Source: Polyangiales bacterium
Lineage (GTDB): Bacteria > Myxococcota_A > Polyangia > Polyangiales > Ga0077539
Direction of reading: 5' to 3'
Length of the DNA stretch: 64,000 nt
Assembly (NCBI GenBank): GCA_044229975.1
Contig: JBGARZ010000008.1
Span: forward strand, 288,001 to 352,000
The notes below the pieces were generated by a model. That model saw nothing but the letters and a program-made list of their open reading frames with translations, was not told the DNA's origin and made no database searches. Below are positions 29,443 to 37,464 of the stretch, one piece after another (within the stretch, counting starts at the first letter, position 1; every line of letters begins with the position of its first letter). Made by a program: the position numbers and the translations under genes.

Positions 29443-29518
29443 GCGGCGGATGGTGGTGCTCCGACGCGGCCGTCGTCGATGCGCAGAATCGCCAAGCCGT
29501 TTTGCGCGGAAGCGAAGG

Positions 29519-30403
29519 CTACGCGAGCGCCCGACGCAGCGCCGCCTCCAGCGCCCGCACCACCGCCCGCACCCGCGGCGTGTTGCGCGCCTCCCGATGA
29601 AACACCACGAAGAGCGCCACGGACGGCAGCGGCTCGTCCACGTCGAGGCGCACCAGACCTTCGATGGCGTCACCCTGCACCTCTCCCAGCGCCCCGATGC
29701 CGATGCCCGCGCTCACGGCCTCCTCGATGGCGGTGTTGGAGTTCGATCGGAAGACGAAGCGGCGCGCGCCGTACGCTCGCATCCACTGCTCCTGCGGGAG
29801 GTGGCTGAGCGAGGGGTCGAGGCCCACGAAGTCGTGTCGCTCCGCCGACTCGCGGCGTAGGCGCCCGCCCGGCAGCCGACCATCGACGTAGCCCCGCGAC
29901 GCGAAGAGGGCGATGCGCGCGCGGCCCACCGGCTTCTCGATGAGCGCGGGCGACGACGAGCGGCCCACGCGGATGCCGACGTCCGCCTCGCGACGGGAGA
30001 TGTCCGCGACGCGCGACTCGGAGACAAGCTCGAACTCCAGCGCCGGGTGCCGGATGCGAAGGTCGGCGAGCACCCGCGTCGCGGCGCGCACCACCCCCTC
30101 GCTGACCGAGACGCGAACCGACCCCGCCAGCACCGCGTCGCCCGCGCTGCGACGCATCGCCGCGAGCCCGTGCTCCATCTGCTCGGCCAGGGACACGAGC
30201 TCGCGGGCGTCGGCGTCCACCGTCGTGCCCGCGCTGCCACGGTGAACGAGCGTTCGGCCGAGGGCGCGCTCCAGCGCCTCGACGCGCCGCGCGACGGTGG
30301 AGGTCGCCACGCCCAGCGCCTTGCCCGCCGCCAGGAAGCTGCGCTCCCGGTGCACCGCGAGCAGCACGCGAAGGTCGTCCCAGGGAGGCGTCTCGGTTTG
30401 CAT
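29519..30403 (-). CDS. LysR family transcriptional regulator
   Basis: [37 protein letters not shown]; substrate-binding domain with ADVGIR. Confidence 0.93.
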   Translation of the reverse strand: MQTETPPWDDLRVLLAVHRERSFLAAGKALGVATSTVARRVEALERALGRTLVHRGSAGTTVDADARELVSLAEQMEHGLAAMRRSAGDAVLAGSVRVSVSEGVVRAATRVLADLRIRHPALEFELVSESRVADISRREADVGIRVGRSSSPALIEKPVGRARIALFASRGYVDGRLPGGRLRRESAERHDFVGLDPSLSHLPQEQWMRAYGARRFVFRSNSNTAIEEAVSAGIGIGALGEVQGDAIEGLVRLDVDEPLPSVALFVVFHREARNTPRVRAVVRALEAALRRALA

Positions 30404-30468
30404 CGATGGGAAGCACGCTCGCACGGGTGCGCGTGGCGGGTCACGGCCCTCGGTGCGTCGTCGCCTGG

Positions 30469-30673
30469 TCTGCCACTGGGCGTGCCGCCGAGCATCGGAT
30501 GGTGGCAGTCCCCGGGGCTTACGCCGCCGCGTCAGCGCGGCGCGCGACCACGACCCCTCCGGTCCGGACGGACGAACACAGGAGACGTGATCGCTCGCGC
30601 GCCGCGCTGACGCTGCGGCGTAAGCCCCGGGGACTGCCACCTCCCGATGCTCGGCAGCACGCCCGGTGGCAGA
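30469..30673. repeat. 79-bp imperfect inverted repeat (5 mismatches), REPIN-like
   Basis: 30469-30547 versus 30595-30673; core CCCCGGGGCTTACGCCGC/GCGGCGTAAGCCCCGGGG. Confidence 0.85.
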
Positions 30674-30727
30674 TCCAGAGGCAGACCCAACGCCGAACTC
30701 CATGTGCGAAGAAAAATCACAAGTCAC

Positions 30728-30757
30728 TTGACCGACGCAGCGATGGTCGATTAAGGT
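30728..30757 (+). promoter_or_regulatory. Candidate sigma70 promoter for the tRNA-like cassette
   Basis: TTGACC-18 nt-TAAGGT, with an A-rich tract upstream, in an AT-richer patch. Confidence 0.4.
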
Positions 30758-30841
30758 CGCCACCGCTCACGCAACCTTCCCATATGCGTCAGGTGCAACC
30801 ACACCGGCACGGAAGGTCAAAAACCAGAAGACACAACACAG

Positions 30842-30916
30842 TGCGGGTGGAGGGTGGAGTCATCCTGACGGCCTCATAAGCCGTAGAATGCCGTGCGACT
30901 CGGCAACTCCGCGACC
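30842..30916 (+). tRNA. Degenerate tRNA-like element, anticodon CAT (Met/fMet/Ile2-like)
   Basis: Anticodon arm ACGGC-CTCATAA-GCCGT; T arm TGCCG-TGCGACT-CGGCA (non-canonical loop); D-like AGGG/TCCT; acceptor TGCGGGT/ACTCCGCG with a bulge; ends ACC. Confidence 0.62.
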
Positions 30917-30926
30917 GAGGTGGAGC

Positions 30927-31032
30927 CATGGGTCAGCCGTTGGGTACGGTTGATCAAGCCCACACGTCCGTCTTTCGACATCTCATCCATGTTGGATGAG
31001 ATGTCGTTCGGATTTTGATCCGACAACCCATG
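30927..31032 (+). ncRNA. Candidate multi-hairpin structured RNA
   Basis: Closing stem CATGGGT/ACCCATG encloses TCAGCCGT/ACGGTTGA, a perfect 14-bp hairpin CGACATCTCATCCA/TGGATGAGATGTCG (30976-31006) and TCGGAT/ATCCGA; strand assumed. Confidence 0.4.
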
Positions 31033-31131
31033 ACGAGTCCCTTCGCGGGACCTCTCGTCGACTGCGGCCTGTTTCCCGATCACCAATTCATCCATTGCAG
31101 CCGCCGTTCGATTCCGGGCAACATTGCGCGG

Positions 31132-32181
31132 ATGTCGCCGCCCCACGTCCCGTTGCACCTCCGCGCGCAGGCCCACGCCGCGCGCGCCCTGTTGAAGCTC
31201 CCGCCCGCCACGCTGGTACGGCTGTCCGGGGGAAAGCGCATCGAGCGCCACGGGTGCGTCCTCGATGCGCAGTTCCAGTTCATGCTCTCGCTCGCCGAGC
31301 GACTCGGCCGCGGAACGCCCGACCTCACCGGTCCCCTCGCCGATCGCCGCACCGCGATGGACCTCGACAGCCTCGTCTTCGCCCCCGCGCCCGTCCACCT
31401 GGAGAGCGCCCGCGACGAGCGCGTGGCCGACCGCTTCACCGTCCGCATCTACCGCCCGCACGGCCTCGGCAGCACGGCCCCCGCGGTGGTGTATCTCCAC
31501 GGCGGCGGCTTCGTGCTCGGCGGCCTCGCGTCGCACGACCCCATCTGCCGCGCGCTCGCCTACGAGACCCGCTGCGTGGTGATCGCCGTCGACTACCGCC
31601 TCGCCCCCGAGCACCCCTACCCCGCCGCCGCCGACGACGCGACCGCGGCCTTCCGCTGGGTCATCGCCGAGGCCCACCGCCTGGGCATCGACCCGAAGCG
31701 CGTGGCCGTGGCGGGCGACAGCGCGGGCGGCAACCTCTCGGCCGTGGTGGCCAACGACACCCGCGACGACGAGCACCCGCCGTGCTTCCAGGCGCTGGTG
31801 TACCCGGCCGTCGACCAGACGATGACCTTCCCCTCGCTGCGCTTGATGGAGAAGGGCTTCCTGCTGGAGCGCGCGACCATCCTCTGGTTTCGAGCGCAGT
31901 ACTGCCCCGACCCGGCCATGTGGCTCACCCCGCGGGCGTCGCCGTGGTTCGCCGACGTGAAGGGCGTGGCGCCCGCGCTGGTGCAGACGGCCGGCTTCGA
32001 CCCGCTGCGCGACGAGGGCGAGGCCTACGCCGAGAAGCTGCGCGCGGCCGGCGTGGCGGTGACCGCGACGCGGTACCCCAGCTTGATCCACGGGTACATC
32101 AGCACGACCGGCGCCATCGTCGGCGCGCAGGTGGCGTGGCGCGAGCTGGTGGCTGCGCTGCGGAAGGCGACCGGGGCCTGA
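31132..32181 (+). CDS. Alpha/beta hydrolase, HSL-family esterase
   Basis: YLHGGGF, VDYRLAPEHPYP, GDSAGGNL, DPLRDEG, IHGY. Confidence 0.95.
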   Translation: MSPPHVPLHLRAQAHAARALLKLPPATLVRLSGGKRIERHGCVLDAQFQFMLSLAERLGRGTPDLTGPLADRRTAMDLDSLVFAPAPVHLESARDERVADRFTVRIYRPHGLGSTAPAVVYLHGGGFVLGGLASHDPICRALAYETRCVVIAVDYRLAPEHPYPAAADDATAAFRWVIAEAHRLGIDPKRVAVAGDSAGGNLSAVVANDTRDDEHPPCFQALVYPAVDQTMTFPSLRLMEKGFLLERATILWFRAQYCPDPAMWLTPRASPWFADVKGVAPALVQTAGFDPLRDEGEAYAEKLRAAGVAVTATRYPSLIHGYISTTGAIVGAQVAWRELVAALRKATGA

Positions 32182-32189
32182 GACACCCG

Positions 32190-33509
32190 CTACGGCGCGC
32201 CCCGCCAGGTGACGCGTTGGAGCACCACGCGGGCGTAGTCCGCAGAGGAGAGCACCAGCCACCAGGGCCGTGACGGGTGGGCCACCACGCGCGGGAGGAA
32301 GTCGCCGTTGCGCGAGCCCGACGCGGTCACCGCGAAGGGCGTCGAGGAGCGCAGCGCGTCGTCGAGCTCGGCACCCATGTCGCTCGCGCTCTCGCCGTGG
32401 AAGGCGGCGAAGGAGGTCCCGGTCGTGGGGTTCCACGCGAGGTCGTAGCCGTCGTAGGAGCCGTGCGGCGCGAACACCGTCGCCGCGGCCCCCAGCGGCT
32501 CACCGTCGCCGCCGAAGCGCTGCGCCGCGAAGCCGCGAGCCCCGTCGCGCACCTGGTACCAGCTCGCGATCACCGCCCCGCTCGCGGCGTCGTAGGCCAC
32601 GTCCGTCACCTTGGCGAAGGCGATGGCACCCGTGAGGTCGCGCAGCGCGCCCACCGCGGCGCCCGTCGCGTCGAGGCGCTGGAGGGCCACGCGCGCGAGC
32701 GCCCCGGTCGTCTGCATGAAGACCACGAAGTACGCCCGCGCGGCGGCGCTCCACACGACGCTCGGCTGCTCGGTCCACACGCTCGGGTCGGTGAAGGTCA
32801 GCACGTCGCCGCGCGGCACTCCGTCGGCGCCGATGCGGCGCGCGTGCACCCCGTCGAAGGACCACACCGCGAGAAACTCCGACGCCTCCTCCGACCACGC
32901 CAGCGAGACGCAGCTCTCCTGCATCGATCCCGCCGGACCGATGATCGTCGGCTCACCACCGAACACCGGACCCGCGGGCGAGTAGTTCACCCGACGCACC
33001 AACGGCACCACCGACCTCCCCGCCTCCCGGTGCCACGACGCGAGGAAGCCGCTGCCGCCCCACGCGACGCGCGGGTTCTGCGTCCACTGGGTGTTGTCGG
33101 TGAGCGCGAAGCCGTCGCCGATCTGCCGCCCCTCGTCGTCGAGGAAGGCCCCGCCGATGGGCGCGTTGCCGTACACCACGAGGAAGACGTGGTGCACCGG
33201 GTCGTAGGCCGTGTCGACGCCGCGGTAGTTCGTCGTCGGGTTGGTGCGGAGGGTGACCGTGTCGCCGTCGCGCGCGGTCGTCCCGAGGCGACCGAAGCCC
33301 GCGGGGCGAACGTCGACCGGGACAGCGGGCATGTCCGCGGGTGATCCGCGATCGGGAACGGCCGCGCGATCGTCCACCGGTTGGTCGCTGGAGGGCGCCG
33401 TCACGTCGACGACGGACGCATCGCGCGACGGCGCGACGTATGGATCCGCGGTGGCGCATCCCGCGGCCCACGCGACGACACTCGCCCAGCGCACGAGTTC
33501 TCCAGCCAC
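32190..33509 (-). CDS. Hypothetical lipoprotein (beta-propeller-like)
   Basis: Lipobox AAGC; repeated VAW/VAY..FLxxW strands. Confidence 0.72.
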   Translation of the reverse strand: MAGELVRWASVVAWAAGCATADPYVAPSRDASVVDVTAPSSDQPVDDRAAVPDRGSPADMPAVPVDVRPAGFGRLGTTARDGDTVTLRTNPTTNYRGVDTAYDPVHHVFLVVYGNAPIGGAFLDDEGRQIGDGFALTDNTQWTQNPRVAWGGSGFLASWHREAGRSVVPLVRRVNYSPAGPVFGGEPTIIGPAGSMQESCVSLAWSEEASEFLAVWSFDGVHARRIGADGVPRGDVLTFTDPSVWTEQPSVVWSAAARAYFVVFMQTTGALARVALQRLDATGAAVGALRDLTGAIAFAKVTDVAYDAASGAVIASWYQVRDGARGFAAQRFGGDGEPLGAAATVFAPHGSYDGYDLAWNPTTGTSFAAFHGESASDMGAELDDALRSSTPFAVTASGSRNGDFLPRVVAHPSRPWWLVLSSADYARVVLQRVTWRGAP

Positions 33510-33521
33510 GCGGCGACGGTA

Positions 33522-36023
33522 TCACCGGACGCGTGCGCGCAGCGATCGACGTCGACGCACCGAAGCCACCGCGCACGCCGCCAGCACGAGCCAACACCCC
33601 GACCGCGGGCTGCCAACACGGCCCGCTCGGCACGCGCAGCTCGACCGGAGCGTCCTCCCCTCCGGCCCCTCGTCGTCCGCGTCGAGCACCCCGTCTCCGA
33701 CGTCGACCTCTACGCCCGCGTCCGCGCCGGGTTCGCTCCCGACGTCACTTCCGACCACCAACACGTCGCGCGTCTCTGGCCGATCGACGACCACCACGTC
33801 GATGCGCGTCCCTGCATCCACCGTGGGCGTCTGCATCCGTCGCGGCCGGTGATACCCCGGCGCCTCGTCCGCGCGCGGCGCGAGCGGCGTCTCGGCCCCG
33901 TTGCGCATGTGCACGGGCGTCTGCGCCGTCCACGCCGCCGACGCGAACCCGCTGCCCGTGTCGAGCTCGACGGCCGCCCAGCTCGCCCAACCGCCGCCGC
34001 CGTTGGGCGTCGCCGTGACGAGGTCGCTGCGACCGTCCGCGTCGACGTCGCCCACCAGCACCCGGTAGTCCGCAGCACCACCACGGCGCATGTGCCCCGG
34101 CGTCGCGGCCGCCCACACCGTCGACGCGAAGCCGCTGCCCGTCGAGAGGTCCACCGCCACCCAGTCGGCCCAACCGCCGCCGCCCGTCGGGCTCACCGTG
34201 ACAATGTCGCTGAGGCGGTCGCCGTTGAAGTCGCCCACGAGCACCCGGTAGTCGGCGCGGCCGTCGCCATTGCGGATGTGCATCGGCGTCGGCGTTCGCC
34301 ACACCGTCGAGGCGAAGCCCGAACCCGTCGACAGCTCCATCGCCACCCACTCCGACCAACCGCCGCTGCCCGTCGGGCTCATCGTCGCCAGATCACTGCG
34401 ACCGTCGCCGTTGAAGTCTCCCAACAGCACCCGGTAGTCGGCGTTGCCGTCGCCGTTTCGCATGTGCGTCGGCGTCGTGGCCCGCCAGACCGTCGACGCG
34501 AAGCCCGAGCCCGTCGACAGGTCCACCGCCACCCACTCCGACCAACCGCCACCGCCGTTGCGGCTGATCGTCGCGAGGTCGCTGCGGCCGTCGTCGTTGA
34601 AGTCACCGACGAGCACGCGATAGTCCGCCGAACCGCCGTTGCGGATGTGCATCGGGGTCGGGGTGTTCCAGACCGTCGAGGCGAAGCCGGTGCCCGTCGA
34701 GAGGTCCATCGCGACCCACTCCGACCACGCGCCGCTGCCGGTCGGGCTCATCGTCGCGAGGTCGCTGCGACCGTCGCCGTTGAAGTCGCCGACGAGCACC
34801 CGGTAGTCGGCGTTGCCGTCGCCTCGGCGCATGTGCCCGGGCGTCGCGCTCGCCCACGTCGCAGAGCTGAACCCGCTCCCCGTCGACAGCTCCACCGCCG
34901 CCCAGTCGGCCCATCCGCCGCCGCCGTTGGGGCTCATCGTCAGCAGGTCGGCCCGCGCGTCACCGTTGAAGTCGCCGAGCACCACGCGGTAGCGCGACGT
35001 CGAACCCCCGTTGCGCATGTGCGTGGGCGTCATCGCGGCCCACGTCGCCGACGCGAAGGCCGTCCCCGTCGAGCGCTCCATCGCCACCCAGCTCGCCCAC
35101 CCGCCGCCGCCGGTGGCGCTGATGGTCGCGAGGTCACTGCGCCCGTCGGCGTCGAAGTCCGCGAGGAAGGTGCGGTAGTCCGTCATCGCGACGCACCGCC
35201 GCGGATCACCCGGCGCGTTGGTCTGCCCCTCCGGGCAATCGACGCGCGGGCACTGCGGCGCATCACCTGATCCGCTGGCGCGAACCCCGAGGTGGTTGGC
35301 CACCGGCCGCCCCGAGTCGACGACCTGACCGAGGCCCCGAACGTACATCTGCGACGACCCGCCGCCGTCCTCGTTGGTGGCGACGTCGACCTGCGGAAGG
35401 CCCGCCCGCGCGGCGTAGCTGAGCACGGCGTTGGCGAGCGCGGTTCCCGTCATCGAGGTGCGCGTCGCGAAGAGGTAGAGGTAGCGCCCGTCCGCCGAGA
35501 GACCGATGGCGGTGCGGGCGTGCGCGCCCTGGAGCACCCCGTCGCCGTCGAAGTCGGGCCCGAGCGAGCGACCACCGCGGATGATGACGTTGTGCGCGCC
35601 GACGATCTCGGTGACGGCAGGAGGTCCGGGCGGAACGACCGTCGACGGGTCGACGAGGCCCGCGAGGTGCGCGCCAAACTGCCAGTAGCTGCGAACCTCC
35701 GGGTTGACGTTTTGCGTGCCGGGCGGCCAGTCCTCGCCCGCGCCGCGCGATCGCCCGCTGACCGAGGCCGCGCTCGGGAAGTCGTAGAAGTCGCCGTTGA
35801 TCGCGGCCACCGCGCCGACGTCGCCGCGGGCGCCCCACACGCCGGGCGTCGCGCGCCGCTCGCCGTAGCGGGTCGCGCGCACCGACACGCCGGGGGAGCA
35901 GAGGTCGGCGACGATCATGGCTCCGCCGGCGTCGCGCACCATGGTCACGCCGGGGAAGGGGTGCGTCTGCGCGGCGATGGGCGCGGCGAAGAGGACGACC
36001 GTCAGGAAGGCGAGGGCGCGCAT
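33522..36023 (-). CDS. Secreted phosphodiester-glycosidase (NAGPA-like) domain plus seven ~60-aa FG-GAP/VCBS repeats and a MYXO-CTERM-like tail
   Basis: AAINGDFY, HARTAIGLS, NEDGGGSSQM; 7x DYRVLVGDFNGDGRSDL..GGWxxW..LSTGxGF..TPxHMRNG; C-terminal SCAC..hydrophobic..RRRR. Confidence 0.82.
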   Translation of the reverse strand: MRALAFLTVVLFAAPIAAQTHPFPGVTMVRDAGGAMIVADLCSPGVSVRATRYGERRATPGVWGARGDVGAVAAINGDFYDFPSAASVSGRSRGAGEDWPPGTQNVNPEVRSYWQFGAHLAGLVDPSTVVPPGPPAVTEIVGAHNVIIRGGRSLGPDFDGDGVLQGAHARTAIGLSADGRYLYLFATRTSMTGTALANAVLSYAARAGLPQVDVATNEDGGGSSQMYVRGLGQVVDSGRPVANHLGVRASGSGDAPQCPRVDCPEGQTNAPGDPRRCVAMTDYRTFLADFDADGRSDLATISATGGGGWASWVAMERSTGTAFASATWAAMTPTHMRNGGSTSRYRVVLGDFNGDARADLLTMSPNGGGGWADWAAVELSTGSGFSSATWASATPGHMRRGDGNADYRVLVGDFNGDGRSDLATMSPTGSGAWSEWVAMDLSTGTGFASTVWNTPTPMHIRNGGSADYRVLVGDFNDDGRSDLATISRNGGGGWSEWVAVDLSTGSGFASTVWRATTPTHMRNGDGNADYRVLLGDFNGDGRSDLATMSPTGSGGWSEWVAMELSTGSGFASTVWRTPTPMHIRNGDGRADYRVLVGDFNGDRLSDIVTVSPTGGGGWADWVAVDLSTGSGFASTVWAAATPGHMRRGGAADYRVLVGDVDADGRSDLVTATPNGGGGWASWAAVELDTGSGFASAAWTAQTPVHMRNGAETPLAPRADEAPGYHRPRRMQTPTVDAGTRIDVVVVDRPETRDVLVVGSDVGSEPGADAGVEVDVGDGVLDADDEGPEGRTLRSSCACRAGRVGSPRSGCWLVLAACAVASVRRRRSLRARVR

Positions 36024-36086
36024 GGAGGAGTGGGCGCGGATCATAGCGGGTCGCGGGCGAGGTCACGCCATGCGACGATGGCTCCG

Positions 36087-37349
36087 ATGGAGACGCTGTC
36101 GCTCGAACCCGGCCAGATCATCGACCGCGAGTACAAGGTCGAGCGGCTCCTCTCCCAAGGGGGCATGGGCGCCGTGTACGTCGTCGAGCACGTCACCACC
36201 GGCAAGCGACGCGCGCTCAAGGTGATGCTCTCGCATCTCGTTCGCGACCAGGGGAGCCGCGACCGCTTCGAGCGCGAGGCACGCATCGGCGCGCGCATCG
36301 AGAGCGACAACGTCGTCGAGGTGGTCGACGCGGGCGTCGACGAGGCCACCGGGCTGCCCTTCCTGGTGATGGAGCTGCTCGACGGCGTCGACCTCGATCA
36401 CGTCATCGAGAACCAGAAGGTCATCCCCCCGAAAGGGGTCGCGGACATTGTCGAGCAGCTCTGCGACGCGCTCGGCCGGGGTCACGCCATCGGGGTCGTC
36501 CACTCCGACCTGAAGCCCGAAAACGTCTTCCTCGAAAAGCCCAAGCGCCGCGGCGTCGCCTTCACCATCAAGGTCATGGACTTCGGCATCGCCAAGCTCC
36601 TCTCCGACGAGGTGCGCGAGGCGCGGGTCACCACCCCGATGGGATCGCCCCTCTGGATGGCGCCCGAGCAGACGCAGCGCGGCGCGGCGATCGTCCCGGC
36701 GACGGACGTGTGGGCGCTCGGTCTGCTGGTGTACCGGATGCTCACCGGCGTCTCGTACTGGCGCGGCGCCAACGCGCCCGACGGCAAGGTCAGCGTCGGA
36801 ACCCTGGTGCTCGAAGTGGTGGTGCAGCCGCTCAACCCGGCGTCGTTGCGGGCGCAGGAGATGGGCGTCGCTGCGCTGCTCCCCGCAGGCTTCGACGAGT
36901 GGTTTGCGCGGTGCGTGGTGCGCGAGCAGGACCAGCGCTTCGCCAACGCCGCGCTCGCGTGGGACGCGCTGGAACCAATTCTCGCGGGGGCGTCGAGGGC
37001 GTCGATGGTGCCTCCCGTTCCGGCGTACGTCCCGCCGGCGATGCACGTCGCGACGCAGGCCGCCCCGCCGCTCCACATGGCGACGCAGGCCGCTCCGCCG
37101 CCGGGCGCATGGAACGCGCCGGTCGTCCCCACCGGGCCGCAGGCGTGGTCGCAGCCCATCGCCCCGCAGGTGCCGTCGGAGGTGCGGTGGCCCATGGTGC
37201 AGCAGCGGGTCTACGCGACGGTGCAGGGCGGCCCCTACCAGATGGCGACCGTGCTCGAAGTGAACAAGCAGACCGCGATGATCCGCATCCGGCTCGACGC
37301 GGGCGGCGACGGGTGGGTGCCCGCGGCGCACCTGCGCTCGACGTACTGA
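36087..37349 (+). CDS. Ser/Thr protein kinase (Hanks type) with Pro-rich linker and SH3-like tail
   Basis: LSQGGMGAVY, ALKVM, HSDLKPENVFL, DFGIAK, GSPLWMAPEQ, DVWALG; start ATG 36078 or 36087. Confidence 0.94.
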   Translation: METLSLEPGQIIDREYKVERLLSQGGMGAVYVVEHVTTGKRRALKVMLSHLVRDQGSRDRFEREARIGARIESDNVVEVVDAGVDEATGLPFLVMELLDGVDLDHVIENQKVIPPKGVADIVEQLCDALGRGHAIGVVHSDLKPENVFLEKPKRRGVAFTIKVMDFGIAKLLSDEVREARVTTPMGSPLWMAPEQTQRGAAIVPATDVWALGLLVYRMLTGVSYWRGANAPDGKVSVGTLVLEVVVQPLNPASLRAQEMGVAALLPAGFDEWFARCVVREQDQRFANAALAWDALEPILAGASRASMVPPVPAYVPPAMHVATQAAPPLHMATQAAPPPGAWNAPVVPTGPQAWSQPIAPQVPSEVRWPMVQQRVYATVQGGPYQMATVLEVNKQTAMIRIRLDAGGDGWVPAAHLRSTY

Positions 37350-37464
37350 GACACCCTCCCCTCGACGTTCTGATCACCACCACCACGACCATTCGCCCCG
37401 GGACATCGGCGTCACACCTTCGCGCCGACCTGGGGTACCAATGTCGCTGGAGGTCTCAAGAGCA

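Noticed and set aside
33900..35185. About 180-bp tandem DNA repeats as a non-coding array
   Set aside because: Fully explained by in-frame FG-GAP protein repeats
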